Shown here one piece after another: positions 38,960-47,539 of a stretch of DNA of 64,000 nt. Both the position numbers and the translations under genes were made by a program. The notes beneath the pieces were generated by a model. The model did no database searches. It had not been told where the DNA came from and saw nothing but the letters and a program-made list of their open reading frames with translations. The first letter of the stretch is position 1, and each line of letters opens with the position of its first letter. The DNA comes from an uncultured Cytophagales bacterium (GTDB lineage Bacteria > Bacteroidota > Bacteroidia > Cytophagales > JAAEPT01): contig CAZEGV010000003.1 of the NCBI GenBank assembly GCA_964511645.1, positions 2,591-66,590 on the forward strand, read 5' to 3'.

Positions 38960-40246
38960 ATGAAAAATATATTTCAATATGCAACAGCATTAAGTTTAGT
39001 AATTGGCTCATTTTCTTCTTGTAAACCAAAAGAAGTAGAAATAGAAGTAATTAAAGAAGTGAAGTCAGAAAAAGATGCACCAACTCAGTATGAATTTGAA
39101 AGTAGGTTTTCGGATGGTGTAAGCTCGGTAGATTATGGTGGGCAAACAGTAAGGCAATTACTTGTGCAAGACATCAAAACAATTATTAGCGATGCAACTA
39201 ATGTAGTGGGTAAAAAAGTAAAAGTAGACGTAATAGCATTACTAAATAGAACAGATGCTGACGGAAAATCCACATTCACGTCTGCGGGATCTTTTACTTT
39301 GCTAAAAAATAAATATTCTTCTATAGCTACAGGTAAAAATTTATATGGAAAAATGTCAACAGCAAGTGTTATTTCATATAATACAACAGCACAAGACCTA
39401 ATAGAAGGATGGCTAGAGGCAATCGACGCTAGGGTAGATGCAGGCAAAATAGGTAAAGCAATTTATATCAGTGATGATTTTTTAGATTATAATCAATTAA
39501 TTAATAAAACCTTAACAGGGTCTGTGATTTATTCTCAAGGGACTAGTAATTATCTTAATAAGGTGTTGACCCAAGACAATAAAGTAGCTAAAGGAGACAA
39601 ACCATATACAGCTATGGAACGTACTTGGGACGAAGCTTTTGGGTATTTTGGTGCATCACGTAACTATGCTGATTATACTGATGCAGAGCTAAAAAGCTTA
39701 AGATATAAAGATGCTAATAATGATGGTAAAATAGATTTTAGAAGCGAGTATAACTTCTCACTATCTACCAATGCAGGCAAGAGAGACCTTGGTGCTGCCG
39801 TTGATCCTAACTTTAGCAAAGAAGCATTTGATTTGTTTTTGTCAGGAAGAACCGCCATTACAAATCAAAAAAGTATTGCCCAAATAACACCTTATGTAAA
39901 AAATACAGCAATTGTATGGGAAAAAATTATCGCAGCCACGGTAGTACATTACCTCAGAGAAATTACTGATGACCTTAATGAGTCAAGCATTGATACAGAT
40001 AATTTGGCAAAACATTTTTCAGAAGGAAAAGGTTTTTTGATTGCTTTGCAATATGGAGGCAATTATAAATTAATCAATGACTCAGACCTTCAAAGTCTTC
40101 ATAATCTGATGGGACAAAATCCAAGTGCCGGTATTGTAGACGCTACCGCAATTAGCCAGTACAAATCTGATTTAGCAGAGGCAAAAAATATTTTACGCCG
40201 TATTTATAACTTTAAGCAAGATAATATTGACGTGTGGAGGCATTAA
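38960..40246 (+). CDS. Lipoprotein partner of the TonB-dependent receptor, DUF4856 / imelysin-like (tentative)
   Basis: 428 aa with the lipobox SFSSC. Size, context (5 nt after the receptor) and overall composition fit the DUF4856-type proteins I recall. No diagnostic motif was verified. Confidence 0.45.
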   Translation: MKNIFQYATALSLVIGSFSSCKPKEVEIEVIKEVKSEKDAPTQYEFESRFSDGVSSVDYGGQTVRQLLVQDIKTIISDATNVVGKKVKVDVIALLNRTDADGKSTFTSAGSFTLLKNKYSSIATGKNLYGKMSTASVISYNTTAQDLIEGWLEAIDARVDAGKIGKAIYISDDFLDYNQLINKTLTGSVIYSQGTSNYLNKVLTQDNKVAKGDKPYTAMERTWDEAFGYFGASRNYADYTDAELKSLRYKDANNDGKIDFRSEYNFSLSTNAGKRDLGAAVDPNFSKEAFDLFLSGRTAITNQKSIAQITPYVKNTAIVWEKIIAATVVHYLREITDDLNESSIDTDNLAKHFSEGKGFLIALQYGGNYKLINDSDLQSLHNLMGQNPSAGIVDATAISQYKSDLAEAKNILRRIYNFKQDNIDVWRH

Positions 40247-40270
40247 GCATTAGATGAGTTATAACTTTAT

Positions 40271-40303
40271 CCCTCAATAATTTGTATTTTGAGGGATTTT
40301 TTT
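40271..40303 (+). terminator. Rho-independent terminator
   Basis: CCCTCAataatttgtatttTGAGGG followed by ATTTTTTT, starting 25 nt after the stop at 40246. Confidence 0.7.
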
Positions 40304-40304
40304 A

Positions 40305-40442
40305 GGGCAAACCCCTAGCCCACATTTCGCTATCGCTTCACTTGGCTACGGGTCGGGTTATTCGCTGTATCTTTTTTGATTTATTATTATTAAAGTAAAA
40401 AAAGGATGACGCTGCTACCCCTTTTGCACAAGCTTCGCTTGT
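40305..40442 (+). repeat. Modular hairpin repeat, copy C
   Basis: (TTA)GGGCAAA-[CCCCTAGCC..loop CACATTTCGCTATCGCTTCACTT..GGCTACGGG]-TCGGGTTATTCGCTGTATC-[TTTTTTG...AAAAAAA]-GGATGACGCTGCTACCCCTTTTGC-[ACAAGCttcGCTTGT]. Confidence 0.65.
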
Positions 40443-40502
40443 TTAATGAATCATAATTTCACCCTTTATAACGAGAATAAAAACATAAAATCACTTTAAT
40501 AA

Positions 40503-40533
40503 TTGCGTTTTTCTCATAGATGTTCTAAATTTG
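40503..40533 (+). promoter_or_regulatory. Bacteroidota-type promoter candidate (-33 TTG / -7 TAAATTTG)
   Basis: TTG at 40503-40505 and TAAATTTG at 40526-40533 (a TAnnTTTG match), with a 20-nt spacer. It lies about 55 nt upstream of the ATG at 40587. Confidence 0.35.
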
Positions 40534-40586
40534 GTATGATTTCTGTTTATACAGAGACAAGAAGAAATTAAAACTATATTATAATT

Positions 40587-41072
40587 ATGAAAAAATCATA
40601 TATCTTAGGAGCAGTAGCATTGATGTTTACATTTGTAAACTGTAACGGAAACGATGGTGTAGAATCATCAGAAAATCCAGTAGTAACTACGGAAGTGTCA
40701 GAAGTATCTCAAGAAGAACCAATGCAAGAAGATAAAAAAGGAATGGTGTTTGATAAAAACTTCCATGACTTTGGTAGATTACCTAAAGGAGAAACTTTTG
40801 AGTATATCTTTACATTTGTAAACGAATCGGATGAGCCATTAATTATCAATGATCATCATGTAACTTGTGGATGTACAGTACCTACTTACAAAAAAGGTGA
40901 GCCAATTGCACCAGGAGCAACAGGTAGTGTGAAAGTTGGATTTAGATCAGGTGTAAAACCACCACATGTGTACAACAAGACTGTAATTCTTAAAACTAAC
41001 CAAGGAGATTATTCTGTAAGGTTCAAAATTGATACTTTCTTACCAGAAGCAGTAGATGCCGCAGGTGAGTAA
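40587..41072 (+). CDS. DUF1573 domain lipoprotein
   Basis: 161 aa with the lipobox FVNC. The core HDFGRLPKGETFEYIFTFVNESDEPLIINDHHVTCGCTVPTYKKGEPIAPGATGSVKVGF is typical of DUF1573. Confidence 0.85.
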   Translation: MKKSYILGAVALMFTFVNCNGNDGVESSENPVVTTEVSEVSQEEPMQEDKKGMVFDKNFHDFGRLPKGETFEYIFTFVNESDEPLIINDHHVTCGCTVPTYKKGEPIAPGATGSVKVGFRSGVKPPHVYNKTVILKTNQGDYSVRFKIDTFLPEAVDAAGE

Positions 41073-41094
41073 TTATTTTAATTTAATAATTAAA

Positions 41095-41137
41095 GCTAGC
41101 CGACTTTCTTTTTACAAGAAAGTCGGCTAGCTTTGTA
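41095..41137 (+). terminator. Strong rho-independent terminator
   Basis: GCTAGCCGACTTTCTTtttacAAGAAAGTCGGCTAGC (16-bp stem) followed by TTTGTAT. Confidence 0.75.
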
Positions 41138-41157
41138 TAAACTAAAAAGAAAGAAAA

Positions 41158-41433
41158 ATGCCACAAAGTTCAGGAACGTTATTGATGTTTGGGTTAATCT
41201 TTGTCGTGATGTACTTCATGATGATAAGACCCCAACAAAAGAGAGAGAAAGCATTAAAAGCTTATAGAAATAGCCTTAAAAAAGGTGACGAAGTAATCAC
41301 TAGAGGTGGGATTTTTGGTAAAGTACTAGATGTCAAAGATGACGTAGTTTTATTAGAAATAGGTTCTGTAAAAGTAAAAGTAGAATTAGCTGCCGTATCG
41401 GCTGCTAACCCAACAAAAAAAGACAAAGCTTAA
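41158..41433 (+). CDS. yajC: Preprotein translocase subunit YajC
   Basis: 91 aa with LIFVVMYFMMIRPQQKREK....LKKGDEVITRGGIFGKV. Confidence 0.9.
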   Translation: MPQSSGTLLMFGLIFVVMYFMMIRPQQKREKALKAYRNSLKKGDEVITRGGIFGKVLDVKDDVVLLEIGSVKVKVELAAVSAANPTKKDKA

Positions 41434-41458
41434 ACCTGATATCAGGATATAATAAACA

Positions 41459-41490
41459 GCGGAATTGTTAAGCAATCTCGCTTTTTTTTT
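41459..41490 (+). terminator. Rho-independent terminator after yajC
   Basis: GCGGAATTGttaagCAATCTCGC followed by T9. Confidence 0.6.
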
Positions 41491-41505
41491 GACTAAATTA
41501 CAGAA

Positions 41506-42087
41506 ATGAAAAAAACAGGTGTTACAGGAGGTATAGCAAGTGGCAAATCGTATGTAGCAAATATTTTTGTTCATTTAGGGATTCCTGTGTACAATACAGA
41601 TAGAGAAGCTAAACGATTAATGGTTGAATCTTCAGACTTAATCCGGGATATAAAATTATTTTTAGGAGAAGAAGCTTACCAAGGTTCAGTGTTAAACCGT
41701 CAATATATTGCAGATAAGGTTTTTGCAGATAAAGGGTTACTTACAAAACTTAACGATATAGTTCACCCAGTGGTACATCGTGACTTTGATATTTGGGCAG
41801 AGCAGCAAGAAGCTCCTTTTGTACTTAAAGAGTCAGCGTTATTGTTGCAGTCTCTTGACCATGGCTTGGACGCTATTATTTTGGTAGATGCAAGTGCGGT
41901 AGTTCGTAAACAAAGGGTTTTGTCTCGTGATAAATTTCGCTCAGAAGAGCAAGTCGATAATATAATTGCTCAGCAAGGTGATTGGGATGAGTTAAAAAAC
42001 AAAGCTGATTATATTATTGATAATAATGGTAGTGAAATGTTATTGCCTCAAGTTGTAGCGGTTTATGATTTGCTACTAAAACTTTAA
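41506..42087 (+). CDS. coaE: Dephospho-CoA kinase
   Basis: 193 aa with a P-loop (GVTGGIASGKS), then DTDREA and IVHPVV motifs. Confidence 0.9.
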   Translation: MKKTGVTGGIASGKSYVANIFVHLGIPVYNTDREAKRLMVESSDLIRDIKLFLGEEAYQGSVLNRQYIADKVFADKGLLTKLNDIVHPVVHRDFDIWAEQQEAPFVLKESALLLQSLDHGLDAIILVDASAVVRKQRVLSRDKFRSEEQVDNIIAQQGDWDELKNKADYIIDNNGSEMLLPQVVAVYDLLLKL

Positions 42088-42099
42088 GTAACTACTAGA

Positions 42100-42243
42100 G
42101 CCTGCGTGAGGGGTAGTAGCGGTATCCTTTTTGTTTTTTTTTTGAATATATTGAGCTTGTCGAAATAAAAAATAAAAAAACAAAAAGATATAGCGAATGA
42201 CCCGACACTATCTCGCCTTTTTCAGGCGTGTAGTGGCACGCCC
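42100..42243 (-). repeat. Modular hairpin repeat, copy D
   Basis: The minus strand reads GGGCGTGC-[CACTAcaCGCCtgaaaaaGGCGagaTAGTG]-TCGGGTCATTCGCTATATC-[TTTTTGTTTTTTT...AAAAAAAAAACAAAAA]-GGATACCGCTACTACCCCTCACGCAGGC. It starts 7 nt after the stop of the minus-strand gene at 42251. Confidence 0.65.
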
Positions 42244-42250
42244 AACATTT

Positions 42251-42982
42251 TTATTTTACCCTACGGATTAGGCTTAATTGATGAGAATATCCTGATAAAT
42301 CATCTGATAAGATTCCTTTATTGTCTAGCTTGTTGATTTTTATTTCTCCGTGTGCGTGGATGATTTCTTGATTTTTTAAGATGATTCCAACGTGAATTAT
42401 TCTCCCGTCTTTATTTTCAAAAAAAGCCAAGTCACCAGCTTGACTGTTTTGTGTTTGAATAGGTTCGCCTAATTGAGCTTGTTGGTATGCGTCACGAGGG
42501 AGTTTAATACCGCAAACTTTAAATACTTGCTGGGTAAATCCTGAGCAATCAATGCCGTAGTCTGATTTCCCACCCCATAAATATGGAGTGCCTAAATAGC
42601 GTTTGGCTACATCTATTAATACAGGAGAGGTGATTGTGGGTGATTGAATAGAAATTTTGTACAAATCAGTGATTTGCTTAATTGGTAGTATGGAAGCGTA
42701 TGAGAGTTTTTTTGTAATACCGTTAATTGTAGTAGTCCCTTCGTTTAGGTATTGTTGGTTTTGAATATTTAGTAGGGCTAGTTTTTTGTCAATTTCTTTT
42801 ATTTGTTTGGGGTCTATCCAGCCAGTGTAATTATCATAACTTAGTTGTATTTTTATCCAGTTTTTCTTTTCGCTAATGATTGTTAGAATTTCTCCAAATA
42901 GAATTTGGGTGATGATTTCAGATTTGTCTGAATTTTCTGCTCTTACAGGGATAACTGATAATAAACAAATGCCATATTTCAT
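42251..42982 (-). CDS. NlpC/P60 (C40) peptidase with N-terminal SH3-like domains
   Basis: 243 aa with the catalytic context YLWGGKSDYGIDCSGFTQQVF...HVGIIL...IIHAHG. Confidence 0.85.
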   Translation of the reverse strand: MKYGICLLSVIPVRAENSDKSEIITQILFGEILTIISEKKNWIKIQLSYDNYTGWIDPKQIKEIDKKLALLNIQNQQYLNEGTTTINGITKKLSYASILPIKQITDLYKISIQSPTITSPVLIDVAKRYLGTPYLWGGKSDYGIDCSGFTQQVFKVCGIKLPRDAYQQAQLGEPIQTQNSQAGDLAFFENKDGRIIHVGIILKNQEIIHAHGEIKINKLDNKGILSDDLSGYSHQLSLIRRVK

Positions 42983-43449
42983 TATAGTAATTGTTGGCGT
43001 TTAAGTTCTCTTTTGTTGTCTTTTTCTTTAATGCTATTTCGTTTGTCGTGTAATTTTTTTCCTTTTGCTAAAGCAATATTCAGTTTTACAAAACCTCTAT
43101 CAGTAATAAATAGTTTAGCGGGGATAAGCGTCAACCCCTTTTCATTTAAACCATCAGAAAATTTTCTAATTTCTTTTTTGTGAGCCAATAATTTTCGTTC
43201 TCTGTAAGGCTCGTGGTTATAGTGTGTGGCTTGCTCATAAGGAGCAATGTGCATTTTTTTGATGAACAGTTCCATTTTTTCGGTAATGTAGCAATAAGCT
43301 TCTTGTAGAGATGCCTTGCCTTGTCTGATAGATTTTATTTCGCTACCAAGCAAAGAAATCCCGACTACTAGCGTATCTACAAACTCATATTCATAAGATG
43401 CCTTACGGTTTTTGATTACTATTGATTTTTGTATTTTATCTTTTGCCAT
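42982..43449 (-). CDS. smpB: SsrA-binding protein
   Basis: 155 aa with NRKASYEYEF, GSEIKSIRQGKASLQEAYC and RERKLLAHKKEI. Confidence 0.95.
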   Translation of the reverse strand: MAKDKIQKSIVIKNRKASYEYEFVDTLVVGISLLGSEIKSIRQGKASLQEAYCYITEKMELFIKKMHIAPYEQATHYNHEPYRERKLLAHKKEIRKFSDGLNEKGLTLIPAKLFITDRGFVKLNIALAKGKKLHDKRNSIKEKDNKRELKRQQLL

Positions 43450-43452
43450 TTT

Positions 43453-44460
43453 TTATCCGTTTATTTTCATTCGAGGGTTAGGACTGATGTCATAACTTAC
43501 GGTATAACCTGCTTTATATTTGTGATATCCCGCTATTGCAATCATAGCGGCGTTGTCGGTACAGTACTCAAAGTCGGGGATATATACTTCCCAGTTTCTT
43601 TTTTTTGCTTCCTCTTGAATGGTTTTTCTTAATTCAGAATTGGCAGAAACCCCCCCAGCTATTGCTACTTGAGTTAAGTCGTACTCTTGCATTGCTTTTC
43701 GTACTTTTACCATTAATGTTTCTATTAAGGTATATTGTACACTTGCACAGATGTCGTTAAGGTTGTTTTTTATGAAATTTTCATCTTCTTTGATCTCTGC
43801 CCGAAGGAAATATAAAAAGGCGGTTTTGATTCCGCTAAAAGAGAATTTAAAATCTTCCATTTTGGATATTTTAAATTTAAACTTAAGAGGATTACCTTGT
43901 TGGGCATACTTATCAATCATAGGACCCCCAGGATAGGGTAGTCCCATTATTTTAGCAGTCTTGTCAAAAGCCTCTCCTACGGCATCATCTATCGTTTCTC
44001 CAATAACGTCCATGTCAAGATAGTCTTTGACAATGACTAATTGAGTATGACCTCCGCTTACAGTTAAGCACAAAAAAGGAAAGTTAGGTTTAGGGTTTTC
44101 TATAAAATGAGCTAAAATATGAGCCTCCATGTGATTGACTTCAACCAAAGGAATATCTAAGCCCATGGCAAAGGACTTGGCAAAAGAAGTGCCCACGAGC
44201 AAAGCTCCCAATAAGCCTGGTCCACGAGTGAAGGCAATTGCATCAAGTGTTTTTTTATCTATATTCGCTTCCTTTAATGCCTGACTAATCACAGGGACAA
44301 TGTTTTGCTGATGAGCTCTAGAAGCAAGTTCGGGAACTACTCCTCCGTATTTGGCGTGTACTTCTTGTGTAGCAATAATGTTAGACATTATATTACCATT
44401 ATGTAGTATTGCCGCACTGGTTTCGTCACAAGAAGATTCTATTGCTAGTATTGTACTCAT
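43453..44460 (-). CDS. tsaD: tRNA N6-adenosine threonylcarbamoyltransferase
   Basis: Start set at ATG 44460 (MSTILAIESSCDETSAAI..). It contains GVVPELASRAH, GPGLLGALLVG and HMEAH. The 27-aa track extension is unlikely to be real. Confidence 0.9.
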   Translation of the reverse strand: MSTILAIESSCDETSAAILHNGNIMSNIIATQEVHAKYGGVVPELASRAHQQNIVPVISQALKEANIDKKTLDAIAFTRGPGLLGALLVGTSFAKSFAMGLDIPLVEVNHMEAHILAHFIENPKPNFPFLCLTVSGGHTQLVIVKDYLDMDVIGETIDDAVGEAFDKTAKIMGLPYPGGPMIDKYAQQGNPLKFKFKISKMEDFKFSFSGIKTAFLYFLRAEIKEDENFIKNNLNDICASVQYTLIETLMVKVRKAMQEYDLTQVAIAGGVSANSELRKTIQEEAKKRNWEVYIPDFEYCTDNAAMIAIAGYHKYKAGYTVSYDISPNPRMKING

Positions 44461-44556
44461 ATCTTTAGCAAGAAAAGAATAAAACAGAAAATTCAAAAAC
44501 AATTCGAGTTTAATAAGGTTTTTTATTCCCGTTAAAATCACTACTATTACTTTTGT

Positions 44557-45462
44557 ATGGATTGGGCTAACGACATAAAGTATTTTAAAAATTATCTAAA
44601 ACTAGAAAGAGGATTGTCAGCTAACTCTATAGATGCTTATATCCGTGATATTCAGAAGCTAGAGCAGTATTTAGAGTTAAACGGCATTGATAAAAATCCC
44701 AAAGAGGTTATCTCTGATGATATACAAGGATTGCTCGGTTTGATTTATGAGATGGGAATGTCTCCATACAGTCAAGCAAGAATACTCTCAGGAATCAAAA
44801 CTTTTTTTAATTACCTCGTCCTCGAAGATATAATTGAGCTTAGTCCCGCTGTACTTATCCAGTCACCCAAGTTGGGACGTAAACTACCCGATACACTTAG
44901 TTATATAGAAATAGAAGAGATACTAGATGAATTCGATATGTCATCTCCAGAAGGGTTTAGGAACAGGGCAATGGTGGAATTGCTTTATAGTTCTGGCTTG
45001 CGAGTAAGCGAATTGGTGAACCTAAGCATAGGAGATGTATTGTTTGATATTTCTTTTTTGAGAATAATGGGGAAAGGTGGTAAAGAACGCCTTGTGCCAG
45101 TAGGGAAAGACGCTCTTAAATATCTCAAAATGTATTTGAATGAAATAAGAGTGCATGTGCCAACTCAAATAGGTGAAGAAAATATTGTGTTTTTGAATAG
45201 GAGAGGAAAACGCCTTACTAGAGTAATGATTTTTACAATAGTTAAGAATATAGCTAAAACAGTAGGGATTAGTAAAAAAGTCAGTCCTCATACCTTTAGG
45301 CATTCATTTGCTACCCATATGGTAGAAGGTGGAGCTGACCTTAGAGTCGTACAAGAGATTTTGGGGCACGAGTCAATTGTGACTACCGAAATCTATACCC
45401 ACATAGATAGAGACTATCTCAGACAAGTGATGCAGGACTTTCACCCTAGGAGTAAGGTCTGA
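44557..45462 (+). CDS. xerD: Tyrosine recombinase XerD
   Basis: 301 aa with the SAM-like N-terminus YLKLERGLSANSIDAYIRD. The catalytic residues sit in ..GLRVSELVNL.., HTFRHSFATHMVEGGADLRVVQEILGHESIVTTEIYTH. Confidence 0.9.
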   Translation: MDWANDIKYFKNYLKLERGLSANSIDAYIRDIQKLEQYLELNGIDKNPKEVISDDIQGLLGLIYEMGMSPYSQARILSGIKTFFNYLVLEDIIELSPAVLIQSPKLGRKLPDTLSYIEIEEILDEFDMSSPEGFRNRAMVELLYSSGLRVSELVNLSIGDVLFDISFLRIMGKGGKERLVPVGKDALKYLKMYLNEIRVHVPTQIGEENIVFLNRRGKRLTRVMIFTIVKNIAKTVGISKKVSPHTFRHSFATHMVEGGADLRVVQEILGHESIVTTEIYTHIDRDYLRQVMQDFHPRSKV

Positions 45463-45504
45463 TTTTTTTCTTATCTTGCGACTCTGAATTAATTTATTTA
45501 TAAG

Positions 45505-46611
45505 ATGAAAAAAACATTGTTAGTTTTAGCCTGTTTTACAATATTTTTTAATATTAAAGCACAGAAGCACAAGTCTTATTATGAGAATGGGCAATTAAAA
45601 GAAAAAGGTAAACTTGTAGACTCAGTTCAAGACGGAAAATGGAAATCTTATCATGATAACGGGCAACTGTCATCTTTAGGTAGGTATGATTCGGGGTTAA
45701 AAGCTGAACAATGGATAATTTATTGGGACAATGGACAAGTGTCAGGCATCGGTAGATATTATGCAGGAGGAAAAGAAGGAGAATGGAAGGAATATCATAA
45801 AAACGGTAAATTAAGTACACTTGGAGGGTATGAAGATGGCTTGAGAGAAGGGTATTGGGAGTATTACCATGAAAATGGTGAAGCATGGACATATTGTTTG
45901 TTTACTTTGGGTCAACTAGATGGAGAAGTTGAGTCTTACGATACTACTGGAGCTCTAGAGTGGAAAAGAAACTATCGAGATGGTAAGGGAGAAGGAGAAT
46001 GGACTAGTTATTACAAGACTGGGATTTTGGCATCTATTGGGTTTTATGAAGAAGGAAAAAAACAAGGTAGATGGGATGAGTATTATGAAGGTGGGGAGTT
46101 GAGTAATGGAGATGGGCACCATTACGGCAATGGCGAGTATTATGGTGCTAGAGAAGATTTGATAACGAAGCAATTAAAATCAACCAAAAGATATTTAGCA
46201 GGTAAAAAGACTGGAGAGTGGCGAGAGTATTATATGAATGGAGAATTAAAACAACAATACGCTTATATAAACGGAAAACGAAATGGGAAATGGGAGATGT
46301 ATCGTAAAAATGGTCAGATAGCCGAAATACAACACTATGACAAAGGAATAAAAGTTGGTGAATGGGATTATTATAACGAAAAAGGACTTTTAGAGATAGA
46401 AACAATATTCTTGTTAGGGAAAATACATCGAGAAAACAGAAACGCTTATGAAGACGAGAGACTTAAACATATAAGTATCCTAAACGGAAGTGGCGAATTA
46501 ATAGAGGAATTTATTGCGTCTGATAAATTTTTCATAGAGACACCTAGAGGTGTTTGGAAGTATTACGAACAGGGGGAACTTGTCAAAGAACTTCAAGTTA
46601 AAGAATATTAA
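45505..46611 (+). CDS. MORN-variant repeat protein (YwqK-like), secreted
   Basis: 368 aa with a signal peptide and at least 10 repeats of the G.W..Y..NG form (GKWKSYHDNGQL, GEWKEYHKNGKL, GYWEYYHENGE, and others). Confidence 0.75.
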   Translation: MKKTLLVLACFTIFFNIKAQKHKSYYENGQLKEKGKLVDSVQDGKWKSYHDNGQLSSLGRYDSGLKAEQWIIYWDNGQVSGIGRYYAGGKEGEWKEYHKNGKLSTLGGYEDGLREGYWEYYHENGEAWTYCLFTLGQLDGEVESYDTTGALEWKRNYRDGKGEGEWTSYYKTGILASIGFYEEGKKQGRWDEYYEGGELSNGDGHHYGNGEYYGAREDLITKQLKSTKRYLAGKKTGEWREYYMNGELKQQYAYINGKRNGKWEMYRKNGQIAEIQHYDKGIKVGEWDYYNEKGLLEIETIFLLGKIHRENRNAYEDERLKHISILNGSGELIEEFIASDKFFIETPRGVWKYYEQGELVKELQVKEY

Positions 46612-46615
46612 ATTA

Positions 46616-46725
46616 GGGCGTAACCTCATTTTGCTGAAAAAGCTCATGAGGTCGGGCTTTCGCTACTCAATCTTCCTGATGAAAAATCAGGAAGGATTTC
46701 AAACAAACCGCTCAATCCCTTACGC
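46616..46725 (+). repeat. Modular hairpin repeat, copy E
   Basis: (TTA)GGGCGTA-[ACCTCATttGCTgaaaaAGCtcATGAGGT]-CGGGCTTTCGCTACTCAATC-[TTCCTGAtgaaaaaTCAGGAA]-GGATTTCAAACAAACCGCTCAATCCCTTACGC. It starts 5 nt after the stop at 46611. Confidence 0.65.
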
Positions 46726-46837
46726 ATGAAGTAGTTTTATGCCATAGATACATTATAAGTTTTGTTAAATGATAACAAATGTCATTTTTTATTAAACATT
46801 CAATTACTTTATTGCTCTGAGGTAAATAAAAGTAATT

Positions 46838-47536
46838 ATGTTTAGTCAAGGTCAATCACTTCGAGAGCTTTATAATCTTGATTCTTCTGTTGAAGAACTA
46901 GTAAAACGGTACGGCTTAGAAAAAGAAGGAGATAAATTAATAGAACAACTGTGTAAAGAAAAATTAATAGATGTTCCTTTTTTTATGGAGTTGATTAAAA
47001 TATTTCACAATACAGATTATTTCCCCCAAAAGCAGTTATTATCTTTTGATATTACAATTGTTTTAGACTATTTACAGCGTACTCACCGTTATTACATTGG
47101 TCGTAGATTACCAGAAATTGAGCAAATGGTACAAAATATTGTGTCAAATGATGAGAATGAATTTGCTTCTTTTTTACTACCATTTTTCAGGACGTTAAAA
47201 ACAAACTTAACAGAGCATATAAAAGAAGAGGAAAAGCAACTATTCCCATATATCATTGCTTTAAATCAAAGGTTAGATAGTTTAACAACAAAATTCAAAA
47301 ACACTTTTATTGCTTCTTTTGCAGATAGTCATAATCACTTAATAGAGGATCAACTAGTACTTGCTAGAAGTGTGCTTATCGAAAATGAGAAAAAGACATT
47401 AGATACAATGCCTTTACGAGTGCTAATTTATCAATTAGACTTACTCGAAAAAGACTTGCGTTTACACGCTAAAATAGAAGATCATGTATTGATGCCTAAA
47501 GCAAGATTACTTGAGAAGGAATTAAATATTAGTTAG
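46838..47536 (+). CDS. Hemerythrin-like / RIC (YtfE-type di-iron) family protein
   Basis: 232 aa. The segments LDYLQRTHRYYIGRRLPEIE, EHIKEEEKQLFPYI and LHAKIEDHVLMPKA resemble the H..E/H-containing helices of RIC/ScdA proteins as I recall them. Confidence 0.55.
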   Translation: MFSQGQSLRELYNLDSSVEELVKRYGLEKEGDKLIEQLCKEKLIDVPFFMELIKIFHNTDYFPQKQLLSFDITIVLDYLQRTHRYYIGRRLPEIEQMVQNIVSNDENEFASFLLPFFRTLKTNLTEHIKEEEKQLFPYIIALNQRLDSLTTKFKNTFIASFADSHNHLIEDQLVLARSVLIENEKKTLDTMPLRVLIYQLDLLEKDLRLHAKIEDHVLMPKARLLEKELNIS

Positions 47537-47539
47537 GTA

